Source of the DNA: Camelus ferus
Lineage: Eukaryota
Length of the DNA stretch: 64,000 nucleotides
Direction: 5' to 3'
NCBI RefSeq assembly: GCF_009834535.1
Contig: NC_045696.1
Span: forward strand, 6,698,001 to 6,762,000
Position 1 is the first letter of the stretch. Each line of letters starts with the position of its first letter. Position numbers and translations under genes: made by a program. The notes under the pieces were generated by a model that did no database searches, was not told where the DNA came from, and saw only the letters and a program-made list of their open reading frames with translations. Of the stretch, positions 40,201 to 53,488 are shown one piece after another.

Positions 40201-42787
40201 AGATGAATTACACACCACTAATCTCCACAGGGAGCCGACCCTGGAGCAAGGCCTCACCACTTCCTGCCACTGACTCTGACTTCATTTGGATCCTGTGTCT
40301 CTCTGATGTCCTACTAGCCCAGGCCCTGGGACCTGGTAGGTAAAATTATAAATATTGGATGAATGAATAAACACATCCTACTATGTGCAAGACACGGGGG
40401 GGGGGGGGGTGTTCCATTTTATTTGCATACTTCTAGATTTTAAAAAAAAAGAAAAAAAGAAAAAAAGAAGGAAGCTTGGTCCTACAGGTAAGATCAATTA
40501 GAGGAGATATGATTTGTGGAGGGAAGAGACTAACCAGGGCATGTATCAGAGTCACCTGTGCAGCTTTAATTTTCTCAATGTAAATATCGACATATACTAG
40601 AAAGACTCCAGATACACCAGAATAGAATGCCAGGGGGCGGATCCTAGCCTGGGGCTATTCAACTCTATTGATGGCTCTGGAATATACCTAGTTAAAACTC
40701 AGTGATCTTAAATAATGCTTTAAGAACTATATTTCCTATAGACATGTTTTCCACTCTCTTGAGCGCCTGCATTGGTGTCTCTGAAGAACCATGAGGAACA
40801 TCAAAGTCATTTCACACGAGGATGCAGTGGTTTTTAGGGGATGAAGACTGAATCAATAAGTCTATGACTTCATTTGAAACTGGTCAACAAAATATGAATT
40901 TATATCCTCAATCATCCCAAATCCCTTTGAGAAGTAATTGAAGGATATATCATGAGTAAGCAATAAAGGAACAAACAAATCTAGCAAGATGTTTAAATGT
41001 ACCTCCAAGGTACAGTAGATGTGTGGTTCCAAACTGAAATGCCAGAAGTAAATCTCAATGGATTTAACCCCAAACTACAAGCAAAGACAACACTCATGAA
41101 TCTCTCAACACCACAGACATAAAAGAGTGGCAGGTGGGAGTGGAGACAGGAAGTATTTTGAAGAGACTTTCTTAGGACTGAGCTACCCTGTGAGTTTTAC
41201 CCCAAGGCTGACGGGTGGGGGTGGCTGCCCCTCACCCAGAACCTAGTGAGAGAGGCCAGAGGGATCAGGAGAAAGGCGTGCCAGGGACCCCTGTAACTGG
41301 GGTGCAGTGCGGGGGGTGGGCAGCCACAGGGATCGAGGGTTCTCGGGGTCTTCAGAGTCAGTGATGAGTCGTGGGAGGAGATTGCTCAGCAAAAGAACAA
41401 TCTCTGAACAAAAGCAACTCACTGGAGAAATGCGTTAGCTTTACAGGTTGTCCAACTCCAGAGGGCAAGACGGCAGCTTGCAGCAGTGCCTGGTAAGGAA
41501 GAGTGTCCCGTCCCCCTCAGTCACTCGTCTCTGCCCACCCTCCAGGTTCAGAGGGGCTGCGCCAAAAGGTTTACAAATAAGGAAGGAGAATCACGAAGAC
41601 GAGACTCCACCCAAACCCCCTCCCTGCGCTGAAGGATCTAAGAGCTAGTGCATAAATACCTGTCCTCCAATTTTTTCTTTTTAATTGTGAGCATCAAAGT
41701 GGAGTTTCGGCCAGTTTAGCAATTATTGGGTCCAAAATATCTTTGTTAAAACAAAAGCATGTGAATAAATGAAGGGAGAAAGAATGCAGTCTTCTTCCTC
41801 TAGCCCATCAGTCGTCTGGATGTGCACTTGAGTGTATTCTTCCTGGTTGGAATGATGATTTAAAAATCCATGTCTGCATGCTGGAGATCAAAAAAGAAAT
41901 CTCCGAAATTCGTGGTGGACTTCATGAGATCAAGCCTACATACACACACATTCTGATGAAGAATATAGCTAGGAATTCTTTCAACCCAAACATGAAGAAA
42001 TAGATAGAAACTGAGGACGTTCAGGTGCTTACGGTGCTCCCAGGCAGGAAACAACTACTAATCACATAAACAAAGAAAAAGGACAAACCCAAACACAAAA
42101 CCAGCATCCAGAGCGGAGGATGCCCGAGGTAGCAGCACGCCCTCACAGGGCGGCTAACACAGTGAGGCTGCGACTGCTGGTCCTGCAGCAGAGACGCTGA
42201 CCATCCTCATCCTAGAAACCAGCAACGCTCTGCCACAGCTGCCCTCGGCTCAGCATTTACTGGGAACGGCAGGGGAATCACAACCCTAAAGTTGAACCAG
42301 ACATGTTACTCTTCTCTTTTCTTCTTTTGCTTTCTCCCTTTGTTCAGCTCTGCACAGCTGACGTGGACAACAGCGTCTAGACTGAATGACATAAACAGTT
42401 GCAGTTAAATGGCTTTTAAAGTCTGTTGCAGAACAGAATACAGACTTCTCTGCAGACTCCCTGGTGCATCAATGTTGCCATCATTTCTTGCAACTACTCC
42501 TCCCCCGCCCCTTCGAGCTGGGGCAGGGAGGGTCACCATAGCCCCCGTTACTGCTCCAGAAAGTCACTCTGTCCTTGAGGGTCTCCTTCAGTTTGCCTTC
42601 AGCTTTGTAAACAGACATCTTACTAAAGTGTCCTCAATCACCTCATCCAAGCGTGTCATCTGTTTCCTTCCAGGACTCTGACTGATACAGCTTCTCTTTC
42701 TTCTTACTATAATAATATAGAAGTTAAAAAAGAAGAAGAAGAAAACAAAGGCATTTAAGAATTCACTTCCTTAGGATCCTAGGATGA

Positions 42788-42960
42788 AGATAAAATAAAT
42801 AAGCTACAAGGACATATTCCACGGCACAGGGAATATAGACAGTATTTTATAATAACTATAAATGGAGCATGACCTTTAAAAACTCTGAATCCCTATGTTA
42901 TACACCTGAAATTTATATAATATATACATTGACTTATTCCTCAATGAAAATTTTTTAAAA
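42788..42960 (+). mobile_element. Short L1 3' end
   Basis: AAAATAAATAAGCTACAAGGACATATT..GCACAGGGAATATAG..TATTTTATAATAACTATAAATGGA...TACACCTGAAA. Confidence 0.75.
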
Positions 42961-43767
42961 GATGACTATAATTATTATGAGGAGAGCCTACTGGATTGTG
43001 GCTTAGTTATTCTGCATATAAAAGAACTTACCTGATAATCATAGGAAGCATTCTTTCACAGTAGAAGTGAGTTCCAGAAATGTGAGACAGATGATTTAAG
43101 TCAGGTGAGTAGCAACATAAATATTGTATTCAAGAATGAGAGACAGAAAACTTAAAATCTTTAGTAACTCTTCTGGAAAATGGATGTGGCAGGAAGTGTT
43201 GCAGTTTATCTAAAAGTAAATCTATGTTCAAATAAAGTCTGATCAGTTTCGTTTGTAGTAATGGACCCATGCTGGTTTCTTAAGTTTGCAAACGTATGAT
43301 AGGAATATGAAATAATGTTAATGTCAACGTTAATGTGAGAGTTTAATGTTAGGGGAAGCTAAAACTTGGTGAGTGGTATCCAGGGAAACTACACTGTCTT
43401 TGCAATTTCTCTATAAATCTAAAATTATTTCAAATTTTAAAAATTTATTTATATTTCAAAAAGATGAATCCTATGAAAACACAAACCTTTCTGTTTTAAC
43501 AATTTTTCTTATAAATCCTAACCTATACCCACAGGATGATGTCTAAGAAAACAGTGCTTTTTGAACAGAAGTTAATTTTTAGAAAGGTCATTCTCAAAAG
43601 CATGCTTCTTATAAACATCCACCAATCTTTGCCTCTCCTGCTTTGTTTTAAGGCTACATTTTAGGTTTTATACAATAAACATGTATTACTCTTATAAAAA
43701 AAAGTCATGATGTTATATTTTATGATAAAATGTGTTTTAGTTTTAGTTTAAAAAAAAGGAATCAGTC

Positions 43768-43815
43768 GGGGGAGGGTATAGCTCAGTGGTAAAGCACTTG
43801 CTTTCTGCAGGCAGC
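43768..43815 (+). mobile_element. Vic-1-type SINE, 5' head only
   Basis: GGGGGAGGGTATAGCTCAGTGGTAAAGCACTTGCTT matches the head of the 24687 copy; B box and tail are absent. Confidence 0.75.
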
Positions 43816-44514
43816 TCTGTGCCACCTCGGAATCTACTGGAAACCACTGCTCGCTCCCTCGCTCGCTCTGCTTGGAGTCGCGAGAACAGCGCCAGCCCCA
43901 GAACCACTGCTTATCAGCTGTGTGGTCGTGAGCCTCCATTTTCTCAGCTGGAAGGACAGAAATAACATCAGGTTAAACTGTGCACATTTAAATGAGCAAG
44001 GGGTGAACGCAGCCGGTACAGCCCCAGTACGTGCCGACCTCCACAGACCTGCCTCCTCTCCCCGCACCTCACTCTCTGCTCCTTTCTCTCTTCCTGCTCG
44101 CCCTTCTCCCTTAGTCACCTGTGTTTTTCACCTTCGGTAGCATCAGACATTTTTTTTTAGCAATTTTTAGCCAGTGAGAGTGCTGGCCAGTGAGCCGCTC
44201 ACATTGTGGCATCTTTCTTCTCTACTTTGGTCTTTCCTTAGATCATCCAGCCACTTGTCATGCAGCCCATGTGATACTGGGTCGAATGGTTCATTAATGT
44301 TTCCCACACAACATATTCTGTGAGGTCTTAATAGACATCTCAATCAGAAACAGGGAGGGAATTCTATGGTTAAATACATTTGGTAGATGATGCATTAATC
44401 CGAGATAAAAAGATTTCCTTCTTGAAGAAATTCTCAGAACTTTACAAGGCTAAAATGCACTGTGAGTCAGCGAGGGGGCCGTAGTTCCACAGAAAACGCT
44501 TTTAAAACACTGAG

Positions 44515-45140
44515 TTAAATATTGCTTTTGCATTCCTTTAAAGTTAAAAATAGAATTACTATATGATCCAGAAATCCCACTTTGAGATATATACCAAAAA
44601 TAATTGAATGCAGGGACTTGAAAAGATATATGTATTCACCAATGTTCACAGCAATGTTATTCATAATAACCAAAAGGCGGAATAAATCCAAGTGTCCATT
44701 GACAGATGAATGGATAAACAAAATGTGGTACATCTGGAATATGAATACAATGGAATATGAATACAACAGAATAGTATTCGTCCTTAAAAGGAATGAAACT
44801 TTGACACATGCTATGCCATGGATGAATCTTGAAAACATTATGCTAAGTGAAATAAACTGGTTACAAAAAGATAAATATTGTATGACTCCACTTACATGAG
44901 GAACCTGGAACATTTAAATTCATGGAGAAAAAAAGTAAAATGGTGGTAGCCAGGGCTGGGATGGAGTGAGCTAGGGAATTATCGTTTAAAGGGTATAGAG
45001 TTTCAGTTTGGGAAAATGAAGAGTTCTAGAAATGTGTGGTCTTGATGGTTACAAAACAGTATGAATGCACTTAATGAATTAAATGCTTAAAATGGTTAAA
45101 TAAGTAAATTTTATGTTATGTTTATTTTACAACAATAAAA
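44515..45140 (+). mobile_element. L1MB-like 3' end
   Basis: ORF 44582-44899 gives PMFTAMLFIITKRRNKSKCPLTDEWINKMWYI...WMNLENIMLSEI (end of L1 ORF2), followed by 3' UTR. Confidence 0.88.
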
Positions 45141-47094
45141 ATATACAAATAAATAATATTGCTCTTGTATATTGTTGTTTGGGGAATTGCACAAGAAAAG
45201 TTATAGTCTCATATAACTGATTATCAGAAGCCATATTCAACTTTCCTTTTTCCAGCAAAGGAATCAGAATGTAACTCCAACCTTCTTCACAGAAAACCCA
45301 AAATAGGCACAACCAGTTAAGCAAACAAGGATGTAGGACAGAATGCTTAGGGTAGCGAGAAAAAGCTCAAACATCACACATGCATTCCCATTGTCCACTG
45401 ACTGTGGTCAATATTGCCTTTCAGTAGATAATCCCAGCCCTCTAATTTCTGTATTTGTGATTGATTACACTTTTCTGCATCTTCTTGAAGTTACATGTGG
45501 TCACGTGACTGACAACAAAGTCGTGTGTCATTTTCATATGGAAGTTTTAAGAAATGGTGTGTGATTCACCACTTTTTTTTCTGCCTAAGCTTGCAGCCAG
45601 GATGTCCCAATGAAAAAAGTGTACATGGGGGCCCAGGCTGAATTGCAACGCACACGCAGTGTGAACAAGAAATAAATCGCTGTTGTTTCAGTCTCTGAGA
45701 TCCTGGAGCTAGTCATTATTGAAGCATAACCTAGCCCAGCCTGACTGATATTACTAAAGCTCCATCTGCTATCCAGCATTTGGCAGAGTGTTTTAAAGTG
45801 ATGCAAAACCTTCAGTAGAAGACGATTGTCAAAGAAGAGATTAGGCTTTTGGCATTGGAGATGCAAAGTCTAAAACTTTCTGTAATTATATTCACTAAGG
45901 CCATCATGGAAGAATCAACTGATTCTCTACTGAACAGCTTCAGGCAAGGATAGTGTGAACAGAATATGGCCACTGGAACAGTATCTATGGACAAGAAGAG
46001 TTTAGACTAGAATAAATGCTAGTTCTTCAATCACGTGGTTAACCTGAGAATTCCTACTCCCAAAGTGAGACAAAGAGAGATATTTGGGTCATGGGAATTT
46101 TTTTTCACTCTTCCTCTAAGACATATATCTAAATGATACCCCAGATACTTCCAACGTGAGCTTATACACAAGGTTGACACTGTACCTGTACTTCAGTTTT
46201 CACCCGGAGTCTTTTTGTGACCTCCTCAAAATGCATAAGGATATTGCTGTGAGCCACCCAGTAAGGCTGAGCGTTTCTACATATAACCAATGATGGTGAT
46301 GAACCTAAATGATCTTAAACTGTGACTACCTGGTGATTAAGTATTGTCTCTTGCCCAGCATTTAGAGGGATCTAGTAAATGGTATCTAATGAATTGCAGA
46401 AAGTACTTTAACCAAAGATCTGAGTTGGGACATAGAACAGAATTGTCTTTTCCCCCAAGGGGCTCACTAAGGTAGCCTGCTGACGCTGGTAGCTTCAGAA
46501 AGAAAGTAGTAAATGATTTAACTATCCACATCCATTAGTCAACCGAGACAGGAACCCTTGAGTATTAAACTGAATCATATAAAATTGTCAACATTCATAA
46601 TTTCTGACCCATATAAATGCCCCTTTTTACAATTTAAGCAAACAGTTTATCAAAATGATTCACCTGGTAGGTCTGGAAACCATAGCTGTTAGCTCTTGTT
46701 CTAACCAGTTCTTGCCACAGCCAATACTCAGTAGAGGGTTCTAGAAGCTGTGCTGAGCAGTGGGTACTGGGATGAGTGCATGAACCCATGGCTTCACCTC
46801 CAGCATCTGTGCACATGGTATGGATGTTATCTGGGGTTTCCCCATCACTCCTCCAGCCACTGATATGGCAGTTGGAAGCGAAAAGAAGCCCCTCCTCCAA
46901 GAAAGAACTGCAGACCCTGCAACTGGAGCCATATGAACGTTTGTAATAAAGGAGAAACACACTGCTTAGCTACCACAAGAGTGAGCAGAAGGTGAGGAAT
47001 AGGTAGAAAAGTTGACTGTAGGGTTTACAGCTAATTTTACAGAAAGTGGACAAACTCCTGCACAAACAGTGACTTGGTCAATTCTCTTATAGCC

Positions 47095-47235
47095 CCACAC
47101 AGTGGGCACCACTATTACCATCATCCCTGTTTTACAAATGGAGAGACTGAGGCATGAGAGATTAAACAGTAGTAAAGTGAGGAGCTGGGCTTTGAGTAGA
47201 GAGAGTCCAGTTCCAAGACACGCACTCCTCAGTTC
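47095..47235. mobile_element. MIR SINE
   Basis: ATCCCTGTTTTACAAATGGAGAGACTGAGGCATGAGAGATTAA, a MIR core. Confidence 0.65.
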
Positions 47236-48059
47236 CGGGCTGTGAAGAAGGTCATTTCCAATGCCTACAGGTGGGCTATCTGTCTTTCCCAAGAAAGATA
47301 AATAAACTCTAAATCAAAGAAACATTTTTCAGTTACTAAAAATACCGCCTGGCCATCTTATTCACTTCCTCTGAGAGAAGAGCCGGCAGTTAATTCCCCA
47401 GTGCAGCCTGAATATATTTAATGGTTTTACGTGCCTCTTGGGCAGACTCGGAATGTCTTGAATCCAAACATCTGTGAAAAAGCTCTGTTAGCCCCTTTGT
47501 AATCCTGCTTTCTCATAATTAACAGCGGTTTCCCCTCCTCCTGAATCGCCTTCCGCATAAATTTAATAACAGTGCTTGACCCTGACTGTTATGTCTTATT
47601 TTCCAGGCAATCTGCCGTGTGCACCATTTATCATCCCATCATCGGAGAAAGCCAGGTCTTTCCAGTAGTTAATCTTGCACAAGAGGGCAACAGGTTTATG
47701 ATCTGGAACAAAATTGCTTAGCTCATTCTTGTGATCAGTCAAATGATGACAAAGTATTTTCCCCCCCGCATTTTAAAAGGGAATTGTTTTCTGCTTTTTC
47801 CAACTTTATCTCCCTCTCCATCTCCATGGGAAATAGAGTGCAGCTGCAGTCATATATTTTCTGACTCTCAAAACCAAAGAATTCCCTGAGGCTTCCTCCC
47901 TCTACTCTGAATCCCAGTCTCTTCCTCCTCTGAGGCCTGCCTTGGGGGCTATTTCAACCCTGAGTTATATATTTGAATTCTTATGTCAATTACTAATTAA
48001 GTTTCCTGCGATATCTCTTCTGGTGTTGTCTGAAACAAATAAATGCTTGTGCTGCCGGG

Positions 48060-49540
48060 GTGTGGCCAAGACGCCAGAGTAGGAAGACCTTGAGCTCACC
48101 CCCCACCGAGGGCACACGGATGTTACACCATTTACAGAACAACTATCTATAGAATGACCTGAAGGCTAAAAGAAAGGATTTTCCACAACTGAAAATACAA
48201 AGAAGGGAGAGATAAATTAGGAGTATGGGGTTAACATATACACATTACAATATACAAAACAGATAAGCAACAGGACCTACTATATGGCCCAAGGACCTAT
48301 ATTCAACAATATCTTATAATAATCTATAATGGAAAAGATCTGAAAAAGAATATATAACTGAACCACTTTGCTATACACCTGAAACCAACACAACATTGTG
48401 AATCAACTATACTCCAATTAAAAATATATTTATATATATAGAAGGAACCACAATAAGATGAATAGGAGGGCAGAGACATGGTAAAGATTCCTGGATAGGT
48501 GGCCCACAAACAGGAGGATAATCCAATTGCCAAGTGTCTCCCTGAGGAGTGGAGGGCCTGAGCCCCACATCCTCAGCCTGAGGGTCCTACACCCGGAGGA
48601 AGAGCCTGCAGATTGTCTCGCTTTGAAGGCCAGCAGGGTTTGTGCACAAGAGAGCCAAAGGGCTAGAGGCATCAGGCTTTGCTCCTAAAGGGTACACAAA
48701 ATCTTACATGCCTGAGTCCCAGTGCGGAGGCAGCGGTTTGAAAGGAGCCTAGATCGGAGCCACTTAGTGACCTTGGAGAGCCTCCTGGAGAGACGGAGAG
48801 CGACTGGGACTCCCCCTCGGGACGCAGATTCTGGCAGCAGCCTCCTTGGGGACTGTGCTCTCCCGTGAGGACACTGGTGCTGGCGAGGGCCATTTGGAGT
48901 CCTCCCTCCAGCCTGTTACCTCCAGGGGCTCACCTCCACACCAACAAGCCAGCAGTAACCACACAGGGAGGACCTGGCAGCCAACCAGGCCAGGGGCCAG
49001 CTCCGCCTACCAGCATGCCCACGGTACTCAGCCCTGCCACAAAAGAAGGGACCACACAGCCTATGTAGTGGTACCTGATTACCAGAGGGGAGTGTGCTCC
49101 AGGCCCCACATCATGTATGCTGCATATGGCCGCTTCTCCAAGATCAGGAAGTGTAACCAACCTACCCAATACATAGAAATAAATACAGTAATTAGGCAAA
49201 ATGAGGAGACAGAGAATTACGTTCCAAACAAAAGAACAACACAAAACCCAGAAGAAGAAATAAGCAAAGTGAAGATGAGCAATCTACCCAATAAAGAGTT
49301 CAGGGTAATGATTATAAAGATGCTCAGGGAACTTGGGGGCATAATGGATGAGGACAGTGAGAAGTTGAATGAAGATGGAGAAATATAAAGAATAACCAAA
49401 CACATCTAAAGATTACAATAAATGAAATAAAAAGATACTAGAAGGAATTCAGTAGATTAGATGATACAGAGGAATGGATCAGCAAACTGGAAGACAGAGT
49501 AGTGAAAATCACCCAAGCTGAACAGAAAAAACAAAGAGTT
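48060..49540 (+). mobile_element. L1 5' UTR plus ORF1 N-terminus (3'-truncated), interrupted by an L1 3' end at about 48206-48435
   Basis: ATG at 49201: MRRQRITFQTKEQHK[frameshift]PEEEISKVKMSNLPNKEFRVMIIKMLRELGGIMDEDSEKLN, the typical mammalian L1 ORF1p start; GC-rich 5' UTR upstream. Confidence 0.85.
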
Positions 49541-49794
49541 GTGTAGAGTCAGCCCCTTAAGAGCAGAGTGTTTCTCAGCCCGTGGACAGAGCCAGCTCAC
49601 GGCCACCTGGTCAAAAGCAGCAAGAGATCCAGTGCTCTAGCCTCATCTTCCCACTTCCCTCCAGTCCCCTGCTGGGCTCCCTGGTACCTGAACCCAAAGG
49701 AAGCTAGAGGAGCAGGCACGCAGCTGAGGTGGGTGCCCCACAGATCAGCAATGCAGGAGGAGAGAGTGGAAATGAAAATACCATGAACTGTGTG

Positions 49795-50560
49795 TGAGGG
49801 GCTTGGAAATCATCACTCTGCCCTGAGAACAAGTGAAAAGCTGAACAAAATGAAAAATTACAACTCCTCTTAAATATGTCAGAGTAATGAGGTCATGGGG
49901 CAAACTGCTGCTCCCAAAATTGGAGAGACAGGCAGGCAGGCATAACTTAACCAGAGTACTCTCAGGAGCAGAAATCTCCCTGGAAACCAACACCGGGGTA
50001 GGAAAACCTGAGCTCTAATGGATGAATCATTGGTGGCTGGGTGGGGACAACTCTGAGACTAAAACAGTCCAGGGGGACCCAAGGGAATATTACTCAGCAT
50101 TGAAAAAGAAATGAGCTATGAAGCCATGAAAAGACACAAAAATTAAATGCATGTTACTGAGTAAAAAATTCAGTCTTAAAAGGCTACATCCTGATGATTC
50201 CAGCCCGCTGACATTCTGGAAAAGGCAAAACAGTCATGGAAATTAACAGATCAGTGTTTGCCAGGGATGAGATGGGAAAGGAGCCAACAGGCAGGGCAAG
50301 GAGGACTTTTAGGACATAGAAGATACTCTGTATGACACCATAATAGTGGGTACATGTCATACATTTCTCAAAACCCACAGAGTGTCCAGCACCAAGAGTG
50401 AGCCCCAGTGTCAACTCTGCACTCTGGGTGATGGGAATGTATCAGTGCAGGTTCAAATGTACCTCTCTGGTGGGGGATGGAGGCTTTGAGTGTGTAGTGA
50501 CAGGAGATAGACGGGAAATCTCATCCAAAAGTGCTCTAAAAAATAAAGTTCATTAATTAA
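49795..50560 (+). mobile_element. L1MC-like element: 5'-end segment joined to 3' end
   Basis: GCTTGGAAATCATCACTC...GGGGCAAACTGCTGCTCCCAAAATTGGAGAGACAGGC (5'-type), then GGAATATTACTCAGCATTGAAAAAGAAATGAGCTAT...CTCTAAAAAATAAAGTT (3'-type). Confidence 0.6.
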
Positions 50561-52689
50561 AAAATTATAAACTATGGTGACATGAGCCACGAGAAGAATG
50601 AGGACCCGAGTGCTGACTCAGAGGATGCACAACCTTTCAACACATGTTAGAGTCGACTCCCCACTGCAGTGACTCCCCGTCTCTGCTGTGCATCAGAACC
50701 ATGAGAGGATCTTGGAATAAATACAGGTGTCCTGGCCCCTCACAGGACAGCAACTGGATCAGAGCCTCCCCGCAAGGGGCCCCAGGTCGGGGGTTACTGC
50801 CGCCTGGTCTTCCTAGGAGCACTTTTCTGGGCATAGCAACTACATGTCTTTTTATCTTGAGACCCAAGGTCTCACTTCACCACAAAATATCTTTGAATCT
50901 GAGTCCAACAGAAGACTCATTTACCTATAGTTTAGGTGAATATTGCATCACGTGAGTTTTGCATTAGAATGGGCTCTTGTGAAAAGCTTTGCAAGAAGAG
51001 TCTCTTCTGATTCCACAGTAAATCCAAGGGCCCTAACTGTAACCCAAGCGTACTTGGTGTATTTATTCCACATGTCGCTTGGCTTTTATGGGGAGTTTCT
51101 CAAAACTAGGATGGCTTGTATTTGGCCTTCATGAATGTAGAGCCATCTTAACTAAAAATATGATGCCCCTGCATCAGTTAAATTGGGAAACCTGTGGTGT
51201 TTGTCCAACTGCCCATGGCTGCACTGAGGTTTTGATTTAACACCTGTTGTCTCTATTTCTCCTTAGGATGTTGCCCAGGTGATGCAGGCACAAACAAAGC
51301 TGTCCCGGAATTGTCCAGAATGCACTGGGATGATGCCTGCACTTGCTTTTAGCACCCAGACCCAGGATACAGGGGTCAATGGTTAGCTGCATCTTCACTG
51401 CATGTGTACCAAGGTACAGTTTCCCTCTTGCCATGCTTGAGTCATGGAATAAAATGTCTGCTCCAGCTGCTCAGAGGAGAGGGATGGAAGAAGCATGGAG
51501 GCATGGAGCCCAGCAGGATGGACGGTCACAGGCATGACAGTGAGCTCAGGGAGAGGGCTGGTTTGCCCTGAAGACTGGCAGCTGAAACAGAGAAAACTTT
51601 GAAGGAAACTTCTGTGGACTATGGGATGGATCTGATGTAGAGAGTGAGGAACAAGGGTCAAAACAGGAGGGGTCCCCAGGTGTCTGGACTAAGCAACGAG
51701 TGGAGGGTAGGTATCTTCTGACATGGGGATTCTGGAAGCCTAAGGGGGCCACCCGTGGCTGGCTCCTCCGAGGACCGTCACAAGGGTGTGGTTCATCGCG
51801 CTCCCCTAAAACAGGCCACGTCCTCAGGACAAGATTCCTCCTTGGCAGATAGGAGCTGCTGAGATAGTAATGGGGAGCAGGGCACCTGTACACTCATAAA
51901 TTCATTCTGCCAGGCTCTTCATGCCGTCAGGTGTGCTCCTGGGCCAGACCTTTGCCAGAAATGCCCCCATTCCCTTTGTCTTTCCCCGACTCCTGTCCCA
52001 TAGGCATCTGAGGATCTATGCTCTTCTGTGTCTGGTCCGAGCATGGGTACCGCCTGGCACCCACGAGGAGGGCCTTCAGGGACAGAGAACAACGCGGAGT
52101 CCAAATGCGCATGCCTACTCCACTCTCTACGCCTTAGAGAAGCAGGCTTCACTGGACGTAGTATATCTACGCCTTGATGACATTTTTTCAGGATTCTCCG
52201 GGAGAGTTTTACTGTGGGTTACTTAGTGCCAAATAACCCACAAGATGATTAGAAAAGCTCTTCATTCCTCTTCTCTGACCCACATCATCCACCAAAACAC
52301 AGCCCCATCCATCCCCCTCCATGGTCTCCCTGACGACCCTCCCCAGTGCTCCCTGCAGACCTTTGTGATGCCCGCCCTTTGATCATGCCCGCCCCCCCCC
52401 CCCCGTCCACTCTCTCCCCACCTGCAGACATCCGTGTAGGATACACCTCACACCATGTGCTCAGCTTCCAGCCCTCACACGCCCCTGGTGTCCCTACCCT
52501 GCGCTAGAGAGACATCTGTGCAGCGGGCCTGCTCCCCGCCCTCCACCCCCTCTCCGTCCTCTTTGCCCCATTTCCCTGCCCAGAAACCCAGTTCTCAGGC
52601 CTTTATATATTCCCATCTTCTCTGCCTGGAATATTCCACCTCATGAGCTTCCCAAGCTAATGCTTCTTGCCTTTTTTTTCCCTTTTTTT

Positions 52690-53180
52690 CCTTAAATTGA
52701 AGCATAGTCAGTCTATAATGTGTCTATTTCCAGTGTACAGCACAATGTTTCTGTCATAGCTACACCTACATATATTCATTTCCATATTCTTTTCCTTTTT
52801 TTTTAATTGAGTTATAGTCACTTTGCAATGTTGTGTCAAATTCCAGTGTAGAGCACAATTTTCAGTTATATGAACATATATATATTCCTTGTCACATTTT
52901 TTTCTCTGTGAGCTACCATGAGATCTTGTATATATTTCCCTGCGCTACACAGTACAATCTTGTTTATCTATTCTACATTTTCATATTCTTTTTCATTATG
53001 GGTTACTACAAGATATCAAATATAGTTCTCTGTGCTATACAGAAGAAACTTCTTATTTATCTATTTTATATATAGTAGTTAGTGTCTGCAAATCTTGAAC
53101 TTCCAGTTTATCCCTTCTCACCCACTCCACCCGGCAACCGGAAGTTTGTTTTCTATGTCTGTGAGTCTGACTCTGTTTTG
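52690..53180 (-). mobile_element. L1 3' end with a nested second L1 3' end (about 52795-52975)
   Basis: Inner copy flanked by CATTTCCATATTCTTTT 52777-52793 and CATTTTCATATTCTTTT 52976-52992. Confidence 0.8.
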
Positions 53181-53452
53181 ATATCAGCATAAATGTCACC
53201 TCCTCCTGTTACCCTGTCACCCCTAATATCCATCACCCTATTGGAATTGTCTGCAGAGCAAATATCACCATCCTTTTTTTCTCTTTTTTATTGTCTGACT
53301 TGGCCCCTCACTAGACTGTAACCTCTGGGGTCCACACGCCCACAAACTCCCAGGTTTTCTCCATCCCTGCGTCCCAGTCACCAGAATGTGCCAGAGATTA
53401 TAGAAGCTCCATAGATATTAGTAAATAAATCGAAGTGAATGAAGTCAACAAA

Positions 53453-53488
53453 ACACGCGCGCGCGCGCACCCACACACACACACACGC
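53453..53488. repeat. (CG)6 plus (CA)n alternating purine-pyrimidine tract
   Basis: ACACGCGCGCGCGCGCACCCACACACACACACACGC. Confidence 0.9.

Noticed and set aside
45500..45509. Perfect GTCACGTGAC (CLEAR/USF) palindrome
   Set aside because: Lies inside an MLT1-like remnant and can arise by point change from the repeat; isolated site.
48846..49388. 180-aa ORF
   Set aside because: L1 5' UTR read into a frameshifted ORF1 start; not a host gene.
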